From: Octopus vulgaris
Lineage: Eukaryota
Length of the DNA: 64,000 bases
Assembly (NCBI GenBank): GCA_951406725.2
Contig: OX597816.1
Span: 86,366,001 to 86,430,000, forward strand
Direction of reading: 5' to 3'
In this document: positions 26,991 through 41,526 of the stretch, one piece after another
How positions within the stretch are numbered: the first letter of the stretch is position 1
Layout: each line of letters begins with the position of its first letter
Position numbers and translations under genes: made by a program
Notes under the pieces: generated by a model
What the model saw: the letters and a program-made list of their open reading frames with translations, nothing else
The model's database searches: none
Told to the model about the DNA's origin: nothing

Positions 26991-27533
26991 TTCCACACAC
27001 TTGATGATATAAGTATGTGTATGTGTGCACGTGAATATGTATATGCTGTGTGTGTGTGTGTGCATAGTTACATATATAGACCAATATATTTGTGTATCGC
27101 ATGTAAATATGACTGTGCGGCTGCACATATGATAAAAAGGCGCACACGAATATCACAGATTTCGTTTTCTTACTTATCTCACGACTTTACTTACCATATT
27201 AAAATCTCTGTTAAATATATCGTGTATTGTAATTTCTACAGTAGTCAGTTAACGCATATCTAATATCAACATCAATTCTATAGATTTTCATAGAGATATT
27301 TACATCCAATGGTTGTAATATTGAGAGTAATTTCTTCGTCGTTAATCATTATGTACAGTTATTCAAACTCATACAGTATTAAATCGGTATTCTTAACTAA
27401 ATTATGCATCATACGTTACGAAAGCTAATGCTGAGAATGTACTTTTTCCATTATTTTCCTTTTATCACTGTTACAATCACAATAACTACGCGTGCGTCTC
27501 ATATATATACACAAATACATTTATATATACATA

Positions 27534-27641
<108 letters not shown>

Positions 27642-27764
27642 CATACATATATATATACATATACACATACATATATATATATAAATATATACAGATACAT
27701 ATACATAGATATTCATACACATATACCTACGTTTGTATAAATAGTCACGTGTACATATATACAT

Positions 27765-27847
<83 letters not shown>

Positions 27848-28299
27848 TGTATGTACAGCTAACTGCTATATTCAAACGCATGAAGCAGAAGGAATAACTA
27901 CTCGAGCAATGCCCTTTATTAATGAGAATTTAAAAAGCTAAAAGACTCAATAGAAAAAGGCGATAGAAACGATTTTATTAATTCAATGCCGTTGTATTTC
28001 TTTTTTTTTTCTTCGTCTTAGATCTCTTAATTATATTTTCTCTATAATATGCTCGTTTTAATTATACACAAATATTCAGCAAAATATCAATATACAATAG
28101 TCTGTAAATAATACAAGATATAATTTTCATCATAATAATCTGAATTATTCTTTCTTATTTTGGCCCGAAAGCCAGAAATTTTGAAGGAGAGCAGCAAGTT
28201 GATTACATCGACCCTAATACTTGACATGTACCTTCGGCCGCGAAGGGTGGAAGGTAATTGACCCCGAAGCTTTATCAATCGAGGTGACATATACTTTCT

Positions 28300-29100
28300 T
28301 GATCTTTACGAAGCCTTCCAAGATAGCTCCCACTCAGCACGTTCAAAGGTGAGATAGGTGTTTTTATTCATAACGTTGTCCCTATTCCTATACTCATGAA
28401 GGTCCGAATCGAACAATATCTTAAGCAACACAGCAGGACCAACATGAGCTGTCATACTGGCGACTGGCCCTGGTTAATTTCCCTAGATTGAACACCTCTT
28501 ATTATTTTAAGTGGTGTCGACCACTTAAATTTCCGTGGTGTCTGTTATCATCGTTGATATCGTCAACATATACCGACACAGTACTTCTGTATCTCATACC
28601 AATGCGCCTCAACAGCTTCAATTTTCGCAGCAGTGTCTCTCGAATCAGGACGGACACCTTTGATGGAAGTATCGCATGAGCTGGAGCGTTTTCGTTAGGT
28701 AGCTTTTCACTTTGACCACAAAACAGATACCGCTGTACATTGAATAGATGCAGTGTCTGAAGACGAGACTGAATCCCGCTATCATGTCGACAGCCGATAA
28801 ATAGCTTTTACTGGAATCTATGTTGAGCTGTGTCCCATGAACATCATGTATGCTAGCAGCAATCGCTAAACTGTATTGCATTGAGATGAATGTTACCAAC
28901 GATAGGCCGGCTCGACATTACTCACTCCTTCACATTCTCGACTATGCTTCTGACAAATGCCAAAAACAATTGATCAGAACTCCTTTGTTTCGGTCTTCAT
29001 GTCACAAAGCAACTACTCCTTGGTCAACAGAACTGAGAACATACCATTCTGCTGCCATTTGAAACACTACTCTGCCGTGACATCGGTAAATATGTCTGGT
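28300..29100 (-). pseudogene. Heavily decayed L1/Tx1-like RT fragment
   Basis: Minus strand AGFSLVFRHCIYSMYSG..VVKV..HQRCP, followed by SVYVDDI (~28555-28577). Boundaries are approximate. Confidence 0.55.
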
Positions 29101-30280
29101 GTATTTTCTCGTTGCATGACTTGCAAATCAAGAAATCTGCACCTCGTACAACCTAAGGTAACATTCTATCCTCACATGTTGATATCGGATTTTCGCAGTG
29201 CTCTCCATCTTCAACGGGAATCAAGACAGAACGTCTATATTGGCTGTAGTATGAGTTACTGTAATGTCTAGCCATCATCCAGAACGAGTAGAGCACTTCT
29301 TAGCGAACATTTGTTTGGGATCGAGTAACATGGGCCTATCCGCATCCAACAAGACTGAATTTTTGATTTTCTTGTGTCTCTGCCATACGGATTTCAAGAA
29401 CGGATTTCCTTCACTTGTTTTGTGGAGCACGTGTCTTAGCTCTCTCTACACAACCATTAAATTTTGCGCAGAAAAATATTCTCAGGGCCTGTTCCAACCT
29501 TTAGTGCAAGCATATTAGTCACGTTACTTTTACAAATCGCTTCTTTTGATTTACTGATTAATTCCTCATTTAATCTATTTGGTTCTTTAGCAAAACTTAG
29601 CGATTCTACGTTAATCCTTCAATGCAGACAGTTACACCGTGTATTGTTGAATATTGCTAGTTAATGGCGCTTAATTAAAATGCTAGATCATCACATACAC
29701 ACACACATATGCATGTAAGTATGTATTTGTGTATGTTTGTACGTGATTGTGTGTACGCACGTGTATATGTTGTGTGCGTGCGTGTGTATGTGTCTTTGTG
29801 TGTGTGTGTGTGTGTGTATGTGTGTGTGTGTGTGTGTATTAATATTAAATTAATGTGTGACCTTCATCATATACTGAGAACGTAGTGTAAATATAGCTTC
29901 TAGTGAGAATTTTCTAGCGTTCTCAATCATTCACATACTGAAATCGTTTTTGTGGTTGACGAGTTCATTGATGCAAATGAAACAGATTGTTTTATTTTTA
30001 TTATATAATAAAATTATCTTACAATTTTTACCGAAAATCCGCGAGGTAAGATGATCATTCATTTCTAAATTATTCGGTTACCTGCACAACGAAAGTGATG
30101 TAACACATAAGGAACCATATGCTTAACGAGCTATAGAATGATTATCTACGATTTGAATCTATTCGCTAAAAATAGAAGTCAGACAAAATTCGGAGCAAGC
30201 CATACACATAGGAAGAATAGATAAGGTAATGTATATATATACACATAGGAAGAATAGATAAGGTAATGTATATATATACT

Positions 30281-30688
30281 ATTTTTACTCTTTTACTTGT
30301 TTCAGTCATTTGACTGCGGCCATGCTGGAGCACCGCCTTTAATCGAGCAAATCGACCCCGGGACTTATTCTTTTGTAAGCCCAGTACTTATTCTATCGGT
30401 CTCTTTTGCCGAACCGCTAAGTAACCAGGACATAAACACACCAGCATCGGTTGTCAAGCAATGCTAGGGGGACAAACACAGACACACAAACACGCACACA
30501 CACACATATATAAATACATATATACGACGGGCTTCTTTCAGTTTCCGTCTACCAAATCCACTCACAAGGCTTTGGTCGGCCCGAGGCTATAGTAGAAGAC
30601 ACTTGCCCAAGGTGCCACGCAGTGGGACTGAACCCGGAACCATGTGGTTGGTAAACAAGCCACTTACCACACAGCCACTACTGCGCCT
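30281..30688 (-). mobile_element. SINE family A, full length, young
   Basis: Reverse complement of 10006-10466. Immediately preceded by a ~37-bp tandem duplication (acacataggaagaatagataaggtaatgtatatatat x2). Confidence 0.9.
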
Positions 30689-31242
30689 TCTTCACACTTC
30701 TTCAAGTGCAGGAAATTTAGAACTATAAAGCCTTTGATAATATCTTTCCTTAAACTTTTCCTAGTTAACAATATTCTTAAACATGAATACACTACGTTAC
30801 AAACATTTTCAAATCGTAAACTAATATAACTACATGCAAAATAAACGTAAAAATAAACAATACCTATTCATTACACTTATGAGTTCATACAAAGTTAAAT
30901 AGTTATCTATTTGCCTCTGTGAATATACATGGATGTATTTGTATTTGTGGGCAAGCGTGTGCTCTTATATACCTGATGCATGTTAAGTGAAAGAAATTTA
31001 TGCCATCATATAGACCTCACAGCGAAATAAATTTGGGAACGTTGACAAATTGTTTTTCTTTTCTCATCTGTATTATACTTTTCAGCAGGAATTAATTGAA
31101 TTGAATTGAAACACTGCTTTACCCAGAGAGTATTGGTGAATGGACAAAAATATTTCGATTATTGTTCTTGGTAATATTATTATTAATATCATTGTTCTTG
31201 TAATATATGTGTGTGTGTACGTGTGCATATTTCTCCCATTCA

Positions 31243-31288
<46 letters not shown>

Positions 31289-31386
31289 ATGTATGTATAT
31301 ATATAAATATATATATACACACACACATATATATATACATATACACATACACACTTTCCTAAGTTACCTATTTATATATCTGTTCA

Positions 31387-31430
<44 letters not shown>

Positions 31431-31592
31431 GTATGTATATGCAAAACTACATGTGTATAATGATAATAATAATCCTTTATACTATAGGCATTAGGACTGG
31501 GTAATGTGGAGAGAACAGTACTCATGAGCAGATGCACACGTACACATATGAGCACATGTATATACAATCATCTATCTATCTAACTATCTATA

Positions 31593-31624
<32 letters not shown>

Positions 31625-31644
31625 GATCAATCGAGCCAGTTATC

Positions 31645-31728
<84 letters not shown>

Positions 31729-31904
31729 CCGTGTTTGTGTGTGTGTGTTTGTCTGTGTAGATACTCATATATGTATGTAAGCATGTTATACGTGTCGCAT
31801 GTATGAAATCAATCATTTTTTTTCTCATTATTAATGTCGAAATAATGTTCATAGCTTTGCTTCTCTTTTCTATTTTAATGCACACACACAAACACAAACA
31901 CACT

Positions 31905-32041
<137 letters not shown>

Positions 32042-32075
32042 GCATATACATATAGATATTGTTACTTATATGTAT

Positions 32076-32125
<50 letters not shown>

Positions 32126-32670
32126 TTCATATTTAGATGTATATACACACACATGCATACATATATACACATACACATAGTTGTGTGTGTATGTGTGTAT
32201 GTGTGCATGTGTTACGTATATGATTTCCAATAATCAACGTGGTTTTTCTCCAAAGCGAATGCGTATTTAGGCGTGTAAGTGGATGCATATCTACGTGTGG
32301 GCATATATGAAATATTATTTTTTTTGTTTTCTTCTTAGCAATCATTGATATTTCGATAGAATGAATCGGTGGGGAAAAGAAAAGACAAAATCTGTATTGA
32401 AAATATTCGATGAAAATTTGTTTGGTCACGCGTAACACGATCACTAAATTAGATTCCAAGCGCTACTGACGCAGTAATTGTAAAACCACGTATATTCGTC
32501 CACACATAGGTTAGAAATACCACGTGTACATGCGTATTCTTGCAGAAAACTATATGTAGCTATCAACGTTTTCATGTGTATGTATGTGTAAATATGCTTA
32601 TATATGTACGTACTTATACACACACACACACACACACACGTATATAATCATATCCCTAGCATATGTGTGC

Positions 32671-32709
<39 letters not shown>

Positions 32710-33606
32710 TGTGTGTGTGTGTGCGCGCGTAGTATTCATGTATATTTCTGTAGTTTATATATATGTGTATGTATTATTAAGAATATACTATATATATTCA
32801 TGCTATATATGTATGTATATGCATGTATATATATGTATGTAATCTACGTGAATTGCTACGCCTATCATATGACATATGACATCAACCAACGGGAAATAAA
32901 TAATACGAAGATTTTGGAATTGGTAGAAAATAATGAACACTTATAGAATTATAGAATTATAGAATGCCGTGGTGATATTTAGCTTTTGTTGCCTTATTTT
33001 CATTTCACATTTACAATATTTATTCTGATTCTGATGTTATTGTCGTTGTTTTTCTTTTCAGTGTTAAGTATGAAGAAAACCCAGAAGTCCATAATTCGAA
33101 AAGATCTATATATTTTCAGCCATCCATAAACAACGTTTCTACAGATTTGCACAATTGAAAATGAGAATTCAATATCTTAACAATTGACAATATTAGATGG
33201 CAAAGATGATTTGATGGTGAATTCCCGATGAATGTTTCGTATATTTTCAATGCACTTCGGCCACGTTGCAATCATTTAAACATCAATTCTTCAGTGTACC
33301 CATATGATAAATGAATATAAAACATGTTGCACGTATCATCGTTAAACAGAAGGTCACTGCTTGTGAGGGGATGAGATCCTTCTGTGTGGGTTTAATGGAC
33401 CCCCAGTGGCACTACCAGTGACACCACAATCACCAGTACTAACAACAGCAACAACAGCAGCATTAAGAGTAATACGAAATAGGTGACGAAGGCAGATGAT
33501 GATGACGATGAAGAAGGAGGAGGATGAGTATAAGAAGGAGGGGAGAAGGGGTTGAAGAAGAGCAAGAAGAAGAAAGAAAGAAAGAAAGAAAGAAGGAAGG
33601 AAAGAG

Positions 33607-33637
<31 letters not shown>

Positions 33638-33994
33638 AGGCAAGAAATAAAGAAAGAAAGGTGTGGCTCTAAAATAGGTGGGTTGATTGTCTAGTTCCAT
33701 CTTTCTCGGCGCTTTGAAATTTTATATGCATCCCAGAACAAACTGTCACTGTTGAATTTATAGGGTTTTGAATTCAGAAAGTAAAGTTCTGAAACAACAT
33801 AAAGCAATTTTAGTCAATGATTTAATACTTTGGTAAGCCATAGAAGAACGTTGCTGAGAATACAGATTAGTATCGCTGCAAAAAGAGCACGCTTTCTTCT
33901 CAACATATAAAGCACCTTAGCTAAATAGTCAGAATATATACGCGGGAGAAAATTTTGCTTAGCATATTGCTCGATGCACTAACAATTCTTTAAT

Positions 33995-35378
33995 TATAAT
34001 AATAGGAGATTTTATAACCAAATAGTAAAGAATGAAGTACTGAAGATAAGAAACCTAATGCAGAGGAAGTTAGAAAGTTTTGGAGTAATATTTGGGATAA
34101 ACCAGTCAACCATAATAGAGGTGCAGTATGGTTAAAGAAAGTGAAGGAAAAAGTAGTGAGTGAGAGCAGCCATATCTTAGATTAGACAGTGCATTAATGA
34201 GTAACGTGCTAGGGAAAATGCCGAATTGCAGATATAGTTCAAGAGTACTGGCTAAAGAAATTCAGTAGTTTACATGGGAGGCTGCGGGAACAATTTCAGG
34301 ATTGCCTTAATGGTGCAATAATACCAGATTGGATAACTAGTGGGAGGACAATAACCATTATGAAGGATAAGCTCAAGGGTAATACAACGAGCAACTATAG
34401 ACCAAGAACTTGCTTACCATTAGTGTGGAAGCTGTTAACGGGAATGGTTTGAGAAAGCATTTGCAAGCACCTTGATAACCAGAATTTACTACCAGAAGAG
34501 CATTGGGTTGTAGGAAGAAAGCTAGACGGACGCACGATCTATTATATATAGATAAATCAGTTCTAAATGAAGTAAAAGCTAGAAAGAAAAATCTAACAAT
34601 AGCATGGATTGATTATTGGAAGGCTCGTGGATGAGTGAATGTTTGAGCATATTCAGTATAGCAGACAACATAAGAGAATGAATTAGCTTTAGCACGAAAC
34701 AATGGAAAGTAGATCTCTACTGAGGTGACATGATCTTAGGGAAAGTTAATATCAAAATAAGAATTTTCCAGAGGGTCTCGTTGTCCCCGTTAATATTTGT
34801 CTTCAGTTTCATCGCCCTCAATTTAGTATTAGGTTAGGCGAAGGCAGGGTGTCAGTTCAAAAATAGCAATGGGAAAATTAACCATGTACTCTACATGGAT
34901 GACTGGAGCTTTGTAGAAAGAATGAAAAAGAGACAGATTCCTTGATACAGACAAGGACTCTTCAGCAAGTATATAGGCATGGAATTTCGCATAGATAAGT
35001 GTGAAAAATTAGTCCTGAGAAGGGGACAGGTAGTCAACAGCAACGGCATCCAATTACTAGACGTCCAGGCATTGAAAAGAGGAGAGAGTTTTAACTATCT
35101 TGGAGTATTAGGATCTCAAAGAGTACTAACTATAAAAATAAAAACGAAAATTGGGGAGTAAATCAGAAGGGTGAGGAAGCTAATGAGGTCAAAGCTAAAT
35201 AGTCCGAACCTAGTGAAGGCTGTAAACACTTGGGCAGCATCATAAAGTAGATACACAGCAGCTTTTGTAGATTGGACAAAAACTGAATTAACAAAGATAG
35301 ACAGAGGAACTAGGAAGGAATGCAATGTGAATGGAGGACTCCACCTAAGGGCAAGGGTAGCAAGATTATACATGCTAG
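33995..35378 (+). pseudogene. R4/Dong-type non-LTR retrotransposon RT fragment
   Basis: Starts after taataataat. Reads PNAEEVRKFWSNIW..HN..A.WL, W...GRT..I.K....SNYRP.TCLP..WKLLT, AWIDY, GIFQ-like, LYMDD, YLGV, GLH.RA.V.RLY. Many stops and frameshifts. Confidence 0.8.
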
Positions 35379-35386
35379 AAAGTCGA

Positions 35387-35705
35387 AGGCGGTGAGCTGG
35401 CAGAATCGTTAGCACACCGTGAAAAATGCTTAGCGGTATTTCACCCATAAAGGCAGCGAGCTGGCAGAATGGTTAGCACGCCGGACGAAATGCGTAGCCG
35501 TATTTCGTCTGCCGTTACGGTCTGAGTTCAAATTCCGCCGAGGTCGACTTTGCCTTTCATCCTTTCGGGATCGATAAATTAAGTACCAGTTACGCAGTGG
35601 TGTCGATGTAATCGACTAGTCCCCTCCTACAAAATTGCTGCCCTTGTGACAACATTTCAAATCATTATTATAATTATTATTATTTTTCATCATCTTCTTC
35701 TTCTT

Positions 35706-35803
<98 letters not shown>

Positions 35804-36020
35804 GGCGAAGGCGGCGAGCTGGCAAAGTCGTTAGCACACCGCGCAAAAACGTTTTGCCGTATTTCACTTATAGTTACGTTCTGTGTTCAAATTCAGCCGA
35901 GGTCGTCTTTGCCGTTCATCCTTTCGGGATAACAACCAGTTGAGCACTGGAGTCGATGTAGTCGACTATCCACCACCCCACAATTTCTAGGCCTTGTGCT
36001 TATAATAGAAACGATTATTA
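35387..36020 (+). mobile_element. Three tandem SINE family B copies (partial 35387-35445, 35450-35660, 35803-36020) separated by (CTT)n(ATT)n
   Basis: aaggcggcgagctggcagaatcgttagcac heads; central gactttgcctttcatcctttcggg.tcgataaa resembles the Meta-SINE domain. Confidence 0.85.
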
Positions 36021-36029
36021 TTTTTGAGA

Positions 36030-37125
36030 TATGCTTCTGCAGTGAAAACGGTCGGCACTATTCTAAAGGATCATGAGTCGGTTAAGATAACAGGAGTTAA
36101 GATAACACCGGTAAATCGGTGGGTTTGTGGTTGGGCTCCTTGAGAGGCAGGACCATGCCATCAGACGGCGCGTCAGACGCTGGGCTGACGGACGAGTTAA
36201 ACTGCTTGGAGTCTGGTTTGGTCCCGACGTCCAGGTTGATAAGAACTGGGACGGAGTGACGAATAGGGTGGCCAGACTTACCAAGAAATGGGCTGGGAGG
36301 AAGCTGTCCCTGAAAGGTTGGGAAAAGGTAGCGAATGCTTACATCGCCGTCGTTATTTATTGCCTGACTGTCGTGCCTTGTCCCAGTTACTACTTGATCA
36401 GGTTGGAACATCTCTTATTTTAATTCTTGTGGAAGGGGCGCGTTCCAATAGTCAGACGGTCAACGTATTATCAGCATCCTCTAAGTGGCAGGTTAGATAT
36501 GCATGTCTCCTAATGCGCAGACACGTTCTTAGGTTACGCTATCTACAACGATTTCTGGACGGTGAACATGTGTGGGCTCCGTTTGTGAGGCTTGTCTCTT
36601 TGACGGAGCGGCAGTCCTGGGTGTAGAAAAGACCGAGACTGGGCACCTGGTACATAGAATGTCGTCAGATGCTCACAACCCTCTACTGGCAGATACGTTT
36701 CCCTTTGGTAGAACGTTCATTGGCTTCTTCAAGTTTCACTTCAAAAGGAAATTGAGATTGGAGAGGGAAGTGCTTTTCTCGAGTGAATTTATTGAAAGGT
36801 GGGTGAAAGTTGTAAAAATAGCAAGAGTGGACCGTACCTCTCTATGTGTAGACCTGTGAGTCGGAGAGAAGGTACTGGAGAGGGCACTCGTTCTTGGGAT
36901 TTCAGGGAAATGACGGACAGTGGTGTTCCTCGACTATCCCTGGAGGCTTTCTTGTATTAGGAGGGCCACATCTCTATGATCCTTCCCATGAATATTTTTC
37001 TTCGTTTACAGTGTATACCGGGTTTATTTTCTTTCCTTTTTTTAATGATTTCATTATATGTAAAATCCCACACTTTATGTCTGTATTTGTATTGTCTCCC
37101 TCACAATTTGTTGAAAATAAATGGA
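36030..37125 (+). pseudogene. L1/Tx1-clade ORF2 3' fragment with 3' UTR
   Basis: VKLLGVWFGPD..KNW....V.....WAGRKLSLKG...VANAYI..VIY.L.V (the W..R.LS..G motif of L1/Tx1), then FLW.G. The T-rich UTR ends aataaa before (ATT)n. Confidence 0.75.
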
Positions 37126-37173
<48 letters not shown>

Positions 37174-37195
37174 GTTGTTGTTGTTGTTGTTGTTA

Positions 37196-37230
<35 letters not shown>

Positions 37231-37237
37231 GTTGCTG

Positions 37238-37307
<70 letters not shown>

Positions 37308-37314
<7 letters not shown>

Positions 37315-37605
37315 TAGTCTTATTTTTATCACCTGCTTTCATTGCGTTACCGAACGCAGCTCTGTACGCTTTGGGTATGTGATGTGGTTTGTTGTGGCGC
37401 TCTTATTTTCACTGTACTGCAAGTGTTTTACGTAGAATGTGTGCAGTGCAAAGTAGTGCTATTTCCTGAATGTTATATATACTTCTAAGTCCTGGTGTTT
37501 TTGTTATGTATTTCTCTGAATGTTTGTTATCATACCTAAGGCACCTACTAAAATAAGGAAGTGGTTCTGTTTTTAGGCTCTACATTCATGTTGCCTCTAG
37601 TTACA
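37308..37605 (-). mobile_element. R4/Dong family 3' end fragment in (TAA)n
   Basis: Homologous to 39424-39720 and 41527-41820. Confidence 0.85.
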
Positions 37606-37793
37606 AATTTCTTCTTCTTATTATTATTGTTATTATTATTAATATTATTATTATTATTAATATTATTATAATAATAATTATAACAATATTAATAATAATA
37701 ATTATAACAATAATAATAATTATTATTATTATTACTATTACTATTATTACTATTATTGATATTATAATAATAATTATAACAATAATAATAATA

Positions 37794-37826
<33 letters not shown>

Positions 37827-37849
37827 ATTATTATTATTACTATTATATT

Positions 37850-38335
37850 CATGTTCACTCAAAAGAATTGGATGTTGGAAAATAAAAACTCCTAACATTG
37901 GGCTACAACATGTAACCTTAGTAGACAAGAATCCTCTTAATTATCCTGAAGCTGTACTAAACTGGGTTTTACGCCTATTTCCCCTATCGATTTGTTCCGA
38001 TCATTAGGGATAGCGCACCTATATCTACAGGGATATATTTTACCCGCACTTTCCATAGTCTCTGCTAGGTCCTGGTACATCCCTAATTTTTCCTTTCTTC
38101 TGGTATTAATGTTTTCATCAATTAGCATTATAAAGTCAATTATCTGGCACTTTCTATTCTCTTTATCTACCAGTTCTAAATCAGGTCTTCTAGCTTCTAT
38201 TACTATATCAGTCTGAATGCTAAAATCCCAAATAATATATTTCTTACTTCCTAGTATTTACCAGCTTCAAGTTCATACCAACCATCAGTATGTTCAAATC
38301 CTAGCTTTCTATATAGCTCATTGTGGATTATTATC
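37850..38335 (-). mobile_element. Second RLE-type LINE family, 3' fragment
   Basis: Minus strand WDFSIQTDIVIEARRPDLELVDKENRKCQIIDF..EKL..YQDLA is the restriction-like endonuclease motif. Confidence 0.8.
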
Positions 38336-38337
38336 TT

Positions 38338-38483
38338 TTCTTTTCTTTTATCTTTTACTTGTTTCAGTCATTTGACTGCGGCCAAGCTGGAGCACCACCT
38401 TTAGTCGAGCAAATCGACCCCGGGACTTATTCTTTGTAAGCCCAGTACTTATTCTATCGGTTTCTTTGCCGAACCGCTAAGTT
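38338..38483 (-). mobile_element. SINE family A 3' fragment
   Basis: Matches 30281-30425. Confidence 0.85.
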
Positions 38484-38761
38484 ATTATTATTATAATTAT
38501 TATTACTATTATTATTATTATCATTACTATTATTATTATTATCATTACTATTATTATTATTATTATCATTATCATTACTATTATTATTATTATTATAACT
38601 ATTATTATTATTATCATTGCTATTATTATTAATATTATCATTACTATTATTATTATTGTTATTATTATTATTATTATTATTATCATCATTATCATTACTA
38701 TTATTATTATCATTACTATTATTATTAATATTATCATTACTATTATTAATATTATCATTAC

Positions 38762-38857
<96 letters not shown>

Positions 38858-38889
38858 AAGTAGTAGTAGTAGTAGTAGTAGTTTGGTTT

Positions 38890-39200
38890 GATTAAGGCTC
38901 GGTCTTATTGCTGGTAGGAATTTTGTGGGTAGCGGATTACTGTCTATATATAACATTTGGTAATTACAAATTTCCAGTCGGTTTCTCAAGTGTTTAGATC
39001 CCTCCTGATAATTTTTACTGTCCCTAAGAGACAAATTTTCTGTAGGAGCTCTACCGGGCATTCTATTCCTATCTCCTTCAGTCATTTGTCTATATCATTT
39101 CTCACTGTTCCCAACGCATCAAATATCAAAACACAAACTTTACAGCTTTCTTACGCCATTTTCTTCATATTTCAGATTTTAAGTGATTGTATTTTTTTCT
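38890..39200 (-). mobile_element. RLE-type LINE extreme 3' fragment
   Basis: Minus strand ALGTV....LKEIGIECPVELLQKICLLGTVKIIRR is the typical R4/Dong C-terminus. Confidence 0.7.
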
Positions 39201-39349
39201 TGTTTATCGTCCTCTTTCTTTACGACTCTGGAATCAAACGGGCGTGATAGGTCGATCAGTAAGCGACTTCGCTTTTACTTATCTATATTTGTTATGGCCG
39301 ATTATTATTATCATAATAATTATTATTATAAATATTATTATTATTATAG

Positions 39350-39423
<74 letters not shown>

Positions 39424-39428
<5 letters not shown>

Positions 39429-41160
39429 TAGTTTTATTTTTAAAGCATGCTTTCACTTCACTACCGAGCGCAGCTCTGTGTGCCTTGGGTATGTGCTGTG
39501 ATTTGTTGTGATGCTCTGATGGTTATTGTATGCATAGTGTTCTGCGTAGGATGTGTGCAGTGCCTAGCAGTGCAATTTTCTGTATGTTATATGTGTTTGT
39601 AAGGCCTGGTGTTTTTGTTATGTATTTGTCCGAATATTTTTTTATTATGCCTAATGCAACAACTATGATAGGGATTGTTTCTGTTTTTACATTCCACATT
39701 CTGGTTACCTCTATTTCCCAGTCTTTGTATTTTGAAAGTTTCTCCATTTCTTTTAGAGACACGTTGTCATCTGCCGGTATTGATACGTCAATTAGAAAGC
39801 ATTTTTTTCTTCATGATCTCTGACAACTATATCTGGTCTGTTGGCCTTAATTTCTATATCTGTGTGTATCGTCATATCCCAGACTATGGTTGCTTTCTCG
39901 TTTTCTGTGACCTTTTCTGGGGTGCCTATACCATCCTTTTTCGTTGTTATTCCATAATGTTGGCATAGATTCCAGTGTATGTAGGTTCCAACTCTCTCAT
40001 GTCTGTGGATATATTCCTTCTTAGCCAGGACTGGGCAGCCAAAGATAATATGATTTATTGTTTCTTGTCCATCTCCACATATTCTGCAGTTACTTGTTAT
40101 ATTCCTTTTCATTACATGTTTTTGGTAATTTCTGGTGGGGAGGCTTTGGTCTTGTGCTGCAATTAAAAATCCCTCTGTCTCTGCTTTGAGTCCTGAGCTT
40201 CTCCACCATTGCTGGGATTTTTCTTTGTCTATTTCTTTTGCATTTAATTTAGTCTAGTATTTAGCATGAAGGGGCTTTTCTTGCCATCTTTTCATCATGG
40301 TTCGTTGCTGTTCTAGTTTTTGTTTGGATTTCATTTGTTTTATAGATTTTGTTGATTCTTCATCATCTTCTTCCTTTTCATATTTGTTAGGTGGTATGAT
40401 TTCTTGTTTGTATTTGTCAGCTTCCTTAAACACTGAGAAGAGTTTTTTGTTTTGCTCGTGTTTTGCCGCTATTTGTATCAGTTTTCCTTCCTTCTGAAGT
40501 AGATATTTTTGCAGTCCTATGGTGGTTATTTTATAGTAGTTTTCCAGCTGTATAAGGCCTCTACCACCTTCTATACTTTGTATATATGGTATTTCTATGT
40601 CAGATTTTTTGTGATGCATCCTAGATCCTCTCATTAGTTTTCTTGTTTTCCTATCTATTTTGGTCAGCTAATTTAGTGTCCAGTTAAGGATATTGTTGCT
40701 GTAACTTATAACTGGGACAGCTAAAGTTTTAATACCTATTATCTTGTTTTTAGCATTGAGCTCCTTTTTTAGTATTGACGTAACTCGTCTATAATATTCT
40801 TTTTTATTTTCTCTTTCATTTGTGTATGTTGTGTCTTATCTAGTTCATGGATTCCTAAGTATTTGTAAGTTTGGCTTTGGTCTAATTCTTTTATTTCATC
40901 GGTTTTATCTAGTGCGATGTTGCTACTCTTAACTAGTTTTCCTCTTTCAGGGTTACTTTGGCGCATTTTTCTAATCCAAGTTTCATATCTATTTCTTTGG
41001 TAAATCCATGAACTGTCTTTAATGGTGTTTCCAGCTGTTTGTCATTTGCAGCGTATATTTTTAGGTCATCCATATATAAAAGGTGGCTGATCGTTTTGCC
41101 GTAACATTTATATCCGCATCCAGTTCTATTTAGCATATCATATAGAGGTGACAGTGCCAA
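39424..41160 (-). mobile_element. R4/Dong-type retrotransposon, 5'-truncated copy A (frameshifted)
   Basis: HLLYMDDLK, MHHKKSDIE..Y....EGGRGL, CRICGDGQETINHII.GC zinc knuckle, RPDIV RLE, KYKD.EIE..RMW. Both ends lie in (TAA)n. Confidence 0.9.
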
Positions 41161-41199
41161 TTATTATTAATATTCTTCTTCTTCTTCTTCTTCTTCTTC

Positions 41200-41292
<93 letters not shown>

Positions 41293-41302
41293 TTATTATT
41301 AT

Positions 41303-41426
41303 TATTCCTATCATAGTAGGTGCATTAGGCGTGATGAAAAAATATTCAGACAAATACATAACAAAAACACCAGGGCATACAAACACATATAACATACAGA
41401 AAATTGCACTACTAGGCATTGCACTC
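41303..41426 (+). mobile_element. ~120 bp R4/Dong fragment in the opposite orientation, embedded in (ATT)n
   Basis: IPIIVGALGVMKKYSDKYITKTPGHTNTYNIQKIALLG; reverse complement of ~39555-39680 and ~41660-41780. Confidence 0.85.
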
Positions 41427-41451
41427 ATTATTATTATTATTATTATTATTA

Positions 41452-41518
<67 letters not shown>

Positions 41519-41526
41519 CATCATCA